From contig CM106586.1 of the NCBI GenBank assembly GCA_048013815.1, positions 3,162,001-3,226,000 of the forward strand: a stretch of 64,000 nt of DNA, given 5' to 3'. The notes beneath the pieces were generated by a model, which was given only the letters and a program-made list of their open reading frames with translations, made no database searches and was not told the DNA's origin. Source of the stretch: Setoptus koraiensis (lineage: Eukaryota > Animalia > Arthropoda). The translations under genes were made by a program, and so were the position numbers. Positions 44,779 to 56,194 of the stretch are shown here, one piece after another; position 1 is the first letter of the stretch; each line of letters starts with the position of its first letter.

Positions 44779-45837
44779 ATGGAGGCCATCAAGAAGAAAA
44801 TGCAAGCTATGAAGCTTGAGAAGGACAATGCCGTCGACAGAGCCGAACAAGCCGAGCAATTGTCCAGAGACGCCAACCTCCGAGCTGAGAAGGTAAATTC
44901 TACAACGAAGTAACAAGTGGAATCCACACAAACAGTTCCTTAAAGAGTATGTAAGTAACAATATTTTTTTTTTTCGTTTTCCCATCCAACTGAAATATCA
45001 AGTCCGAGGAAGAGGTCCGCGGTCTACAGAAGAAGATCCAACAAATTGAGAACGAGTTGGATGTCGTTCAAGAGAACCTCAGCCAAGCCAATGTCAAATT
45101 GGAAGAAAAGGAGAAAGCTCTTCAAAATGTATGTAATGATGTATTTTTATACATGTCACAAGCTTATTCTTGTTAGATTTCACAAGCAATAGTTTCGCAT
45201 TTCTATGTTCATCTCGTTCTAGGCTGAAGCTGATTCAAACGCGTCTAACCGTCGCATCCAATTGTTGGAAGAGGATTTGGAGCGATCGGAGGAACGTCTC
45301 AAGATCGCCACCCAAAAGCTTGAGGAAGCCTCGCAATCCGCAGATGAGAGTGAGAGAATGCGCAAAATGCTTGAACACAGAAGCATCACCGATGAGGAGC
45401 GCATGGAGGCCCTTGAAAGCCAATTGAAAGAGGCCAGAATGATGGCCGAAGATGCTGACAGAAAATACGATGAGGTCGCACGTAAACTAGCAATGGTTGA
45501 GGCCGACCTTGAGCGTGCTGAGGAGCGCGCTGAAACAGGAGAGTCCAAGATTGTGGAGCTTGAAGAAGAGCTGAAGGTTGTGGGCAACAACTTGAAATCA
45601 TTGGAGGTCAGCGAGGAGAAGGCTCTACAAAAGGAAGAGACCTACGAGATGACCATCCGCGGAGCCACCCAGAGACTACAAGAGGCCGAGGCAAGAGCCG
45701 AGTTCGCCGAACGATCAGTCCAGAAACTCCAGAAGGAGGTCGACAGACTCGAGGACGAACTCGTACACGAGAAAGAGATCTACAAATCGATTTCCGACGA
45801 GTTGGATCAAACTTTTTCGGAGCTCACCGGATACTAA
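44779..45837 (+). CDS. Tropomyosin, copy B (284 aa, 3 coding exons), inverted duplicate of copy A
   Basis: Exons 44779-44892, 45003-45128, 45223-45837; same intron positions as copy A. Confidence 0.96.
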
Positions 45838-46053
45838 TAGCTACCCGCAACTAATATCAGTTGAAACTTAGATTTTATCTGTTGCGTACTTTAAGTGAGT
45901 TTAATAAAGTAACTATATATTCATCTTATACATTTATAAAATAAGACAGTAGAGCCCAGCATAGTGTCAAAAGGTTTTTTATTCATCACAATTCTATAGT
46001 ATTATCCGTGACTTTCGTCAGAGTCTTTCATTTTTATATAAACATCACAAGAT

Positions 46054-46903
46054 TTAGCTGACAATGATTTTATTGCCTGACATCAATAACAAAATAATAT
46101 GCTTCTCTATGATAGCTTGGACTGTATAATAAATAAATTCAGCAAGAACATATTCGAACAGATTGTAGAGATGGGATTAGAACAATTTCAAAATATAGGA
46201 AGAACAGATAACGGCAGTTGACTCGACAATCTTACCTTGAGTCTTATTGTTAGAAACTGCAATACTATAAGCTGTTTCATGATTAAGATTGTTCCTCGAG
46301 GGATTCGCACCTGCTCTTAGGAGCGTTTGAGTACATAAGAGATGATCCTGGTGAACAGAGTATATCAGGGCGGTGTTACCTTCCTGTGAATAATGAAGTA
46401 AAAAACAAGATCGTTTTTTTACTGAATTGTTTAGTGTAATACAAAGTTCTGACTCGTATACTTTGTCGGGCACTTACATCGTCGGTATCATCAACATTGG
46501 CTCTATGACTTAGCAATTCCTTTATGACGTGCACGTAACCATTGGCCGAGGCGAACATAAGGGCGGTCTTTCTACCATCGCCTCTATGGTTTGGATTCGC
46601 TCCCTGCCATAATAAACATCTAACTGTTGAGGTCTGCCCGTATGAGGCAGCCCATATGAGTGGAGTGTATCCATTCTCGTCAATGGCATCAATCATTTTG
46701 GTATCGCTAATCATTCGATCACTGTGGTATAATTCACCTTGAGCAGCTAGCTCATAGATGGTTCTTTGGTGATGTACCTGAGGGCTAATCTGTTTAACAT
46801 TTCCTCTCTGGAGGTTCGTCAGCACAGTTGTAGAAGACAAATTGGACCTCATAGCAAGAGGAGGCGATATAGGTGTAGGAGGACAATTGTAGTAATGATC
46901 CAT
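46054..46903 (-). CDS. ANKRA2: Ankyrin repeat family A / RFXANK-like protein, 3 exons
   Basis: Exons 46903-46478, 46383-46236, 46121-46054. Family-typical STTVLTNLQRGN, IYELAAQGE, GYTPLIWAASYGQ and C-terminal VQAIIEKHII. Confidence 0.85.
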
Positions 46904-47085
46904 TTCAAATAATATAATATAACAATTTAAGGAAAAGTGGTTCAAAAGTAATACTGGAAAATGTTTAGAATATAACAAATTGGTAATATATATAAAAATA
47001 TATGTAGATTCTTCTATATATTGGACCAAGTCGAAATAGCGTCAACATAGTAGCGGGCTTTTTGAAAGTTTCTAGCCTGCCATCC

Positions 47086-48483
47086 TTAAAGTTTCTCTTT
47101 CCAGATTATACGCTGACTTGCCAGTTCAGGGATTGGATCCACACGCACTTGTCGACTTGGGAATTGACGCATCTGAGTCGGAATAGCTTGAGTATGCAGA
47201 TGGCCTGTCTCATGAACCACAGCCTCGTAGATACCGTCATAGATTTCTTGTAAAGTCATTGACGCTGGCTTTGGGGGCACATGTAGCATGGGCTCTGAAA
47301 CATCCATTATGTTCTCGAGTTCATCTTCTAAATTTTCTTGGGAGATTCTTGGATCGGCACGGAGACTCCTAGGAGGTTCTGGTGAAACGAACTCCCTCTT
47401 CGCTTGAGTCATTTGAGATGCAGTTGAGATATTTTGTAGGTAGAAATCGTGGCTTAGGAATCTTTTCTTAGCAACGCAAGCTCTGACAAACGGAGCGTTG
47501 ATACGGCGCGTTGTTTTGCTGCCTTCTAACGGAACAAAACCATCAAAAGTTTGACCAGCTTGTAAGTCGAGCAGAACATTAACATTCTCTGGCTTGTCAT
47601 TTTGTAGTATATACTTGGCTCCGTTGTCCTTCATTAGCTCTATTAATTCAAGTTCGTCACTAGAGTGTCCTATGACTGAGAACCTTACACCATGAAATGG
47701 TTTCATTTTATGCTGAGTAACTATCTCATTAAATTCTTTGGCCGATATGAAGTCTTGCCTATCGTCGATTGAGCGATTAAATAGATACTCAATGAGAGCG
47801 GAACCAAAGACAAAGAGCCCTTTCTCGGCAGCCCGAATGGTGACCTCGGAACAGGCTAGAGCTGATATAACAAAATGACAAGTATGCAACTCTTCTGCTG
47901 TCACGGGAGTGGCACCCATATATAGTAATTTTTTGGTTTTGTCGATTTTTTCACTTTTCTTCATAGCCGTCAAATGGACTCTCATGTTACACATGCACAT
48001 AGTTGTGAGAGTTTTCCTCGATGGTATGGATTCTATGCCGCGATCCTTCATTTCTAATAGAACTTTAGGCAACACTATTCGGGATGATTCAATTCTTTTA
48101 CACTTCTTAATTAATTCTTCGATGTAACCTGGAATGAGATAGATTTTACAATTGTCGTCCCATTTGTGAAATTTTGCATCATTCTCGACAATGAGGGGTC
48201 GACAATTTTTTTTTTCATAGATGAACTTGAGATAGTCTCTGGCCTCGTCCAACAGTTTGTCTTGTCTACCTGACATATTTTCAACTCTGAGTATTGTGAT
48301 GTAAAGCGAAATGGCCGATTGAGATCCATCTAGAGTGGTATGAGCAAGTGTTGAGGGCTGTAATTGAGTATTGATGGGCACAAAGTCCTGTTTGACCGGT
48401 GGCCTGTGATGCTTGTCACATTTGAGATCAAGTTGTCTCAAATTGAACTGTGTGGCTCGGTGGTGATTTGAAGTGGGTGCCAT
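47086..48483 (-). CDS. Divergent tandem-BRCT-domain protein (ECT2/TopBP1 N-terminus-like), no catalytic domain
   Basis: 465-aa ORF with BRCT-like segments LLYMGAT...CHFVISA...AAEKGLFVFG..LI and KPFHGVRFSVIG...LMKDNGAKY...INAPFVRACV. Confidence 0.6.
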   Translation of the reverse strand: MAPTSNHHRATQFNLRQLDLKCDKHHRPPVKQDFVPINTQLQPSTLAHTTLDGSQSAISLYITILRVENMSGRQDKLLDEARDYLKFIYEKKNCRPLIVENDAKFHKWDDNCKIYLIPGYIEELIKKCKRIESSRIVLPKVLLEMKDRGIESIPSRKTLTTMCMCNMRVHLTAMKKSEKIDKTKKLLYMGATPVTAEELHTCHFVISALACSEVTIRAAEKGLFVFGSALIEYLFNRSIDDRQDFISAKEFNEIVTQHKMKPFHGVRFSVIGHSSDELELIELMKDNGAKYILQNDKPENVNVLLDLQAGQTFDGFVPLEGSKTTRRINAPFVRACVAKKRFLSHDFYLQNISTASQMTQAKREFVSPEPPRSLRADPRISQENLEDELENIMDVSEPMLHVPPKPASMTLQEIYDGIYEAVVHETGHLHTQAIPTQMRQFPSRQVRVDPIPELASQRIIWKEKL

Positions 48484-49847
48484 TATGTATAGTGAGAATT
48501 CTTGATAATACCCGGTATATATGATAGTTACAAGTATTAGTGGTGGCGGACAAAGTTGTTAATAATCTAGTTAAACTAGTTTTATATAATATATTAATAA
48601 TAATGGTGTACAAGACACTTTATTATAAGCGAAAGGACATTATATCATAATTATTATTTGAGACGAGACTAGAGCACGGAGGTAAAGTACGCGCCGTCGG
48701 CCTGTCGAAATGCGTGTTTATGTCATGGGCGGTGTGTGCCAGTTCTGTATTCACAACTCTTTTTTTGTCGTTGGTGTCCAAGTATGTGCATTTAAAATTT
48801 CACAATTCCAAACGATCAAACGAATATTATATGCATTTTGCGTTATTATTGCGCCAAACTACTCAAACGTACCGTTTGTCTGTGCCAACTATTGTCAGCC
48901 AAACACACAGATTGATTCTATACAATTACAACGGAAATGTGCGCCACTGTGCTCCCATCCGTTCACAAATTGCACATCAGTTGCGCACACAGACACAATT
49001 GGACGGATTGCATTTTGATGTATCATTTCGAATGATTCATTCGTTGCGGTCATTGGTTGTTGAAAGTCTTTGAGGGGTCTCTCACAACAACTGGGCTACA
49101 TCGGAAGTCGAACTTTCTACCCGAATATCTAGACTAGATTCTACCTAAGTTCAATCTATAGAAGAAATTTCATATCATCCAATGCAGTTGCGAATCATGC
49201 TTCCTCATAATTTTAGGCAGCCCTAGATACGCCAAGTGTCCTCATGGCTATTGTTGCAGTTGACCGTGCGCAGATGGACAGAACGCTATTGAAACATTAG
49301 TATACTTATCGCTGTGCTCGATTGCAAGATTATACTTGTGCACAGACATTGCAGGTAGCCAAGTTGGTGAACATGGAATTTTAGCCAATGTTCAAGATGC
49401 GAAAAACAAGTTCGTCAAAAGTCCTGAAGAAGTCGCTCGTCGGAGTGTGTCAGGCTCGCATGCATGCTTGTTAATTGAACACAGAAAATAGTGTAGTTCC
49501 CGCACACACCAGTAGGAAAATTTTCAATTTGCACGTTCCGAGCGCCCCCTTCAGGATACATTCAGCAAGCAATCACTCTGACTAATTAATCAACATATAC
49601 ACGGTCGACACACTAACGCACACTGATATTGTTGATATTAATAATATTGTGCGTCTATTGTACTGTAATACACAGTAATCTGTTAATATTAGCAGTTACG
49701 AGCGCCAGAGTCTTTTAGATAATTAATTAATTAACCTCATCATCACTATTTTTTACTGGAGAAAATTTCCAATTAACACTACCCACTAACACTGTAGATT
49801 ATTAAACAACATCTACAACAACAACAATCTTAGATACCACTCACACG

Positions 49848-50474
49848 ATGGCTACCCCGCACAGGGACTCAAGAGCACGTTTAATAAAGCGGGCTATCGA
49901 ATCTGCTTCACAATACAATATGTATCTCAACAAACAACGCAGATACGAACGGCCTGTCTGCATGGATGGACAAACAGACACCGTTAACTATCCAGTTGGT
50001 CTTGGCAGACATAACAAGACGCTAAAAAAAACCAACAAAATAGGCAAATACCCTGTAGCCTTATTGCCATGCCAGTATCAGGATTGGTATGTCACCTACG
50101 ATTCAGAGGAGATGAAGTATCTACCGCTCAACACAGTACTATATGGACCAATAGTCAACCCTGAGAAACTACCCCCAGTTCTCAGTCCGGAAATATCAGA
50201 ATTTTCCGATTCTGACTCCTCTTGTTCCTCTAATGATAGTCACTCTACGCACGACAGTTGTTCTAACTCAAACTGTGATTCTAATAACGAAGAGAATGAT
50301 GACGATAATCGCAGTTTATTATCAAGTTCCTCAAACTCATCCCATTGCTCTTCTTGTGCAAACAAGAAAAGAAGGAAGAAGGTAACAATACAATGGTCAA
50401 GAACACCTAGCCCTCCTCACCTGATGCCTATTGAAGAGGATTACTCCTTCCAGGTTCAATATCTACATCCATGA
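49848..50474 (+). CDS. Truncated PHF10/SAYP (BAF45a)-like protein: C-terminal half of the SAY domain + Ser/Asp-rich tail, no PHD fingers
   Basis: [35 protein letters not shown] matches, from memory, the PHF10 segment [54 protein letters not shown] matches the preceding helix. Confidence 0.75.
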   Translation: [208 protein letters not shown]

Positions 50475-51388
50475 GCGGACAGAGATAGTCTGATGTTAGG
50501 AGCGACAATCTCTTTGCTGCGCCCACTGCACAAAAGTTGTTCTCTATGTTTTGATGAAACTTGCAGCTACAGGATAGTTAATCATACGAATAAGAAAGTT
50601 TGTTAGTAAAGGATTTCCGTCTAGATTATGACTATTTTTATGATTTCATTTTGAGAGCGTAGCGGATATTAAGACGCAACATAAACTTACTTTAAATCAG
50701 TCGACGAATCATATATTGTCTTCCCAAATGCCTGCTTGATAGATACATAAAGATCTTGACATTTTACCGAACCAATGGCGACTTGGGCAAAATCCACCAC
50801 ATCGAATATTGCTATTTGGTTAGCCAAAGTTACTTTAGTTTGGCCGCTTCCTTCTTCGACCTGCTCTGAAAGTGGCTCTCCCTTAGCGATTGCTGCTTGG
50901 TCACATATGTACTTCAAAACTCTCCTGTTCTGCCTGATCTGGTCACCTCGTGTTATAAGGAAAGGATTGCAGAAATCAGACGAAGTAGACTTGGTCAAGT
51001 CGAATCCTGTAAATTCGATAATGTCTTCAAGAACTTGTACAAAGTTGTCTGTGGACGCGTCAATCCATTCGCCTACCGGTATCATGTGAGTTTTTTCCAT
51101 ATGACGTCTCGCTTGACCCATGTAGCCAAAAGGAACTTCCTTTGGGTGAACAAACCGATGAAAAGTTCTCAAGATTGCGCCTTTCAAGTTATACTCAATT
51201 AGTGCAATCTCAATAGGAATGTATTCGGATTCACATTTACACAGTACGTTAGTGCTCATGAAATATAGTTTGCCCTCACAATAGAAGTTTTTTGTTCCTT
51301 TCCATTTGAGGTACTTAGTGACAGCCGCATTGATGTCATTATGTTGCGAGTCCAAGGGGTGTTGGTAATGCTTATCTGAAGAGTACAT
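50428..51388 (-). CDS. mael: Maelstrom (MAEL domain, piRNA pathway), at least 2 exons, no HMG box seen
   Basis: Exon ending 50691 (gtaagt donor) splices to 50566-50428. MAEL motifs LYFMSTNVLC...YIPIEIALIEYNL..ILRTFHRFVHP..VPFGY..QARRHMEKTHMIP and CKFH...FCA...SDYLC...EPG. The 5' start is uncertain (ATG 51388, or an upstream exon via the acceptor at 51376). Confidence 0.85.
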
Positions 51389-52615
51389 CACAATTGTGGT
51401 TGATATGTTCAACTAGACTACTGCTTCTATATGTACTGACGAAAACAATAAACCAAACAGAATTCTAATAAGTTTTTGAGTTAGCTATACCAACTTGTAT
51501 TTTGTAATTGTCGCGAATTTATCTTGAGAGAGTCGCTTGATAGACAACGAAATCATTTGAGTACCAACTTAGTTATTTGTAAAGATAGATATTCGAGAGA
51601 TCAATTCCTAATGAATCGCTTATTGAGCGTCAGTATTATCGATTCAATTCATAGGATGAAAATCCATCGTGTGTGGCGATGTAATGTTGTGCGTATCATT
51701 GCAATGCTGAAGTGCAATCGAGAAAAGCTATATCTTTCAATGAAACGACTACTTTTCATCGGAGTGTTGACGCCTCGATCAGCGTGTTGTCTCGCCAGAG
51801 CAACAATGGCCTGACGTAGCGAGACTAGGTCACTTGAGGCGGGAATCTTTTAAAAGAAGGCGGATTATATTGTAATAGCAATCACTGATAGGATTGCCAA
51901 CAATAAACTGATGCAAACTTCTTTGTTTTCGTGCACTGGCGGTTATGACAAGTATTCTGAACCGTTATATATATGAATTTCAACAGGTGAGTGCAGCATC
52001 ATCATTATTGTGCTAGCTACTATTGATTGTCGTTATCTTTTGTCATCGCCATTAAGCCTCGCATCTGGGGCTGCGAATTTCAATGTTGGGAAACCAGTAT
52101 CAGAATTCCAGTGCGTCTTTCCTTCGACATTTCTTATGCACGAACTCTTATCTCATCTTACCTGTGACTTCATGTGAAATAACAAAATATCCCTTCATAA
52201 AGGGTGGTCGCAAATAGTTTTTCATCTGACGGCGCTCATTGTGCGGACATTGTGTCGCCTTGTCTTCGGTTGTCCTTGGTAAGAATTGCATAGAAAGTCG
52301 AAATAAGCCGCACGAAAAATAAAATGTGGAAGCTAGCGTAGCCTTATTAGTTAAAAAAACTATTTGTGACCACCCATTAATTATCGATCCTTATCAACAA
52401 GTACTGCCAATCGCAACAAACTTAAGCAACATTCAACCTTCAAGAGATCGCAATGCCAGTGACTCCATTAGACATGGATCTTGTTTATACATATGACAGC
52501 CTGCTATCTGATGCCAGTTGTTATTGGTTAAATTCTCATTCACTCAGCTTACAGTCACATTTTTTTGTTTCAAATATAATGGATAGGAGTGTAATAACGG
52601 GTATAATTCAGTAGA

Positions 52616-53953
52616 ATGACTTCGATCAAACTTATTTCATCGGTGAAATCGCCACTTTTGAGGTTGGCCCAATTCAATAAAACACAAAGGATAGTCAATA
52701 CGGTACATGTGCGATGTATAACCAATAGTAGTATGTTTTGCGGTAGTATGTATGGTCTAAGCCAGGATCAAATCAATTTACAAGAGATCGTAGATAAATT
52801 CTGCAAGAAGGAATTTCCGCCCGAATTAGTGAAACAAATCGATGAAACTAGCCACTATGGAAATATGCGCAAATTCTGGACCGAGGCCGGTAAGCTGGGT
52901 TTACACGGGGTCACAGTATCTGTTGAAAATGGAGGATTGGGTTTAGGTTATCTCGAGCACTGTTTAGTTGTCGAGACCATGTCAAGATACTGTTCAGCTA
53001 TAGGATTGTCCTATGCTGCTCATTCAAATTTATGCATCAATCAAATTTCATTGAATGGTAACGAGGAACAAAAAGCTAAATATTTACCAAAATTAATCGA
53101 TGGTCGTCACATCGGGGCTCTTGCCATGAGTGAAATAACAGCAGGTTCAGATGTTACATCAATGAAGCTGACCGCAGTTAAAAAAGGTGATTACTACCTG
53201 TTGAATGGAAGCAAATTTTGGATCACCAATGGTCCTGTCGCCGACGTGTTGCTTGTCTACGCCAAGACAGACTCGTCTTCGGATGGCCCAAAGCGTCGCA
53301 ATAACATCACAGCTTTCTTGATAGAGAAAGACTATCCCGGCTTTTCTGTTGGAAAACAAATCAACAAGGAAGGCATGCGTGGCTCGCCTACTTCCGAGCT
53401 CATATTCGACGATGTGAAAGTTCCCGAAAAACAAATAATTGGTGGCTTGAACAAAGGTGTTTATGTACTGATGAGTGGCCTAGATTATGAGAGACTAGTT
53501 CTAGCGGCGGGACCTCTGGGTATAATGCAACAAGCTTGTGATGTGGCATTCAAGTATGCCCACGAGAGACAACAATTTGGCAAGATAATCGGCGAAAATC
53601 AAATTATTCAATGTATGATGGCCGATATGTACACAAAAACTAGCTCATCCAGATCTTACTTGTATAATTTTGCCAGGGCCGTTGATCAAATGAAAGGTGG
53701 GCATATGAAAAATGACTCTACATCACAATTTACAAAAGATTGTGCTGGAGTTATACTTTCTTTATCTGAAGCGGCCACTCAAATATCCATGGATGCCATT
53801 CAAATTTTAGGCGGAAACGGTTATACCAGAGACTACGAAGCTGGTCGTCTATTGCGCGACGCAATATTGTTCAAAATAGGTGCTGGCACAAACCAGATTC
53901 GACAGTGGTTGATTGGACGCGAGATCAATAAAGCCTACTTAGACGAGCGATAA
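52616..53953 (+). CDS. IVD: Isovaleryl-CoA dehydrogenase, mitochondrial
   Basis: Single exon; LSYAAHSNLCINQI, GALAMSE..AGSDV.SMKL, LNGSKFWITNGP.ADV, GMRGSPT.EL.F, LMSGLDYERLVLAAGPLG, QILGGNGY. Confidence 0.95.
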   Translation: MTSIKLISSVKSPLLRLAQFNKTQRIVNTVHVRCITNSSMFCGSMYGLSQDQINLQEIVDKFCKKEFPPELVKQIDETSHYGNMRKFWTEAGKLGLHGVTVSVENGGLGLGYLEHCLVVETMSRYCSAIGLSYAAHSNLCINQISLNGNEEQKAKYLPKLIDGRHIGALAMSEITAGSDVTSMKLTAVKKGDYYLLNGSKFWITNGPVADVLLVYAKTDSSSDGPKRRNNITAFLIEKDYPGFSVGKQINKEGMRGSPTSELIFDDVKVPEKQIIGGLNKGVYVLMSGLDYERLVLAAGPLGIMQQACDVAFKYAHERQQFGKIIGENQIIQCMMADMYTKTSSSRSYLYNFARAVDQMKGGHMKNDSTSQFTKDCAGVILSLSEAATQISMDAIQILGGNGYTRDYEAGRLLRDAILFKIGAGTNQIRQWLIGREINKAYLDER

Positions 53954-54270
53954 TGATCTATGTAATTCTGATGACTAATAATAAAATACACGTAATATTC
54001 ACGTGTAGTATTCACGCTGTATTGAGAGACACTATTCTAACTAACAGACCATTGAATCTATGAACTAATCAAGGACAAATGTGAGAAATTCAACCTTGTT
54101 AGTATAACCGTTAATTAAGGCTTCCATATCTTGTAGAACATGTAATATGTTTGTAGTAGATAAGCGGACAAGCTACGATCGCGTTCATTGCTAACGGCTT
54201 TGATCAATAGCAGTGGAAATTCAATAACACAAAAGATTGTCCTCAAGACTATTTCCATATATATTAATTC

Positions 54271-55915
54271 TCAATCGCCTGGACTATTCCGGTACGGCAG
54301 GGGATGCTTGTTGATATTATCTGGATTTTCGGGCGATTTGGCTGTACCAATCGTCTCTCCGGGTAAGAGCGGTGATCCAGGAGGCCTTGTTCTTCCACGC
54401 GACAATAGACTGTTGAAAAAGTTTTGTAAGACTCCTTCACCGGCAGGCGAATTTGCAGCCCCTTCGAGACCCTGGAAAATAAGAGGTAACAAGAATGTTA
54501 TAATTTTTAATCTGGTTCACGAAATTATCTGTCTCAATATATATCTGAGGTGTACTATACCTGAATGTTAGAAGCGTTCGAACCCATCGACCGCCTTGAC
54601 TCTATGCGTGGTTGAACAGGAGATGGAGTTGCATTATTCGAGCGCGCCATAGTTTCTCTCGGTGATGAGGTCTGTTTGCTCAAGAGACTCTGCATCCTTG
54701 AGAGAAAGACTTGATCATCCTCCGCAATCACTTCAGCGTCGCGTTGAGTTGGCTGTGTTTAAATTTGTCAGATATTAGCGTTAGATTATGATCATAGTTA
54801 CAGCAGCGATATTCATCTGATAGTCGAATGCTTCGTCTTACCTTAGTACTAACTCTCTCTAATATGTGATTATTGTACTCATCATCTGGGTTGGCATTAC
54901 GGATGTTCTCATATAAAATAGATATCTTTTTTTCATTATCCCAACCAGCTGGAACGAACACGGCATCTTTTTCAACAACCAACGCAGGCGTGTTGAAAGG
55001 TAAATTATAGATGCGATGTGCTAGAAATTTGTATAGAAGGTCACAGTTTTTGTTGACTTTGGCTGATACATAGAACAACGAGGCTCCAATTTTAAGGCAG
55101 AACTTTCGTATTGCTTGTTGAATGAAATCGAATGACTCTTCAGTGTAATCATAGTCTTTTTCCAGGTTTGACATAAAATCAGTTTTAGTGATTACTACTA
55201 TCAACTCTATACCGAGGTTCCTGGACAATGTTGTCTCAGGTAAATCATTGATAGGTATCAAATCTGCGTCAGTTTGAATCAGATTTGTATTCCTGTCATC
55301 ATTTACATCTTGGTTTTCCTCACTAGAATTATAGCCATCTTGACCGTCAGACTTTGGATCAAATTTTGAGCTAGCAACTAGTCTACTTTCAACTTCATCA
55401 CCAGGTGAAACATAGTTGATGAATTTCCTTAGCATATTATGTTTGTAATGTTGCAAGCGAGAATTTTTTATATTGAGGCTCTCTATGTGCTTCTCTAATA
55501 CTGTGGTCCATTCTTCGAGTGAGTTCATAATATTCCAAGGTTGACTCATGGTAGCCACCAACAGACAGCAACTATTTTCAAAATTAGATTCGGTAAGGGC
55601 GAAATTTAGTAGATTTTCGTGCTTTCTCTCGCCATCAAGAATCCAAACTCCTAACTTAGTTGACTCGTCCCTGTATTCATCACGTATCTCTAAATAATTA
55701 TATTCAAGTCCTGATCCTTTTTTGGGCGCGTCAACGCCGGCCATTTTAGCAATAAGCGATGTTTTGCCCGATTCATTATCGCCTAGAACCAAAAGATTCT
55801 TATTCGAGGGTAATTTTTTGGTTCCTGTCTTTTGGACTTGCTTCAGAATAGACGACCATATTTTTGAGTCCTCATTAGAATCATCTTTGCTTGTCATTTC
55901 GGTAAATGTCTTCAT
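54271..55915 (-). CDS. DYNC1LI: Cytoplasmic dynein 1 light intermediate chain, 3 exons
   Basis: Exons 55915 (or 55897)-54842, 54752-54561, 54471-54271. P-loop GDNESGKTS, GSGLEYNYL, VEKDAVFVPAGWDNEKKI, AEDDQVFLSRMQ, GEGVLQNFFNSLL. Confidence 0.94.
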
Positions 55916-56194
55916 AACTAAAGACCGTGGGTTTTGTCCCAAAAAACATATATCTGACCTCAAGTTGAGCGAGCGATTGTTAATAGAAGTGCTCCGAATA
56001 TTAGAGGAATTATATCATACGTTGGGCTAAATACTGGAATCTTTTTCTGAATTATCCGAGTGGCCGCCAGGTATCCAGATGTTTTTCGTCTAACGAATGA
56101 TTTAGGACGAGAGAACGACAACGAAGAAAAAATAACAAACGAATAATCCTGCAGATTGTGTGTATGAAAAATAAACTGCCCATAAACGAAGCTG

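Noticed and set aside
42541-45601. Antisense and alternative-frame ORFs over the tropomyosins (e.g. 42552-42956, 45219-45590, 43153-43425)
   Set aside because: Shadow ORFs of the biased coiled-coil codon usage; they are duplicated only because the genes are.
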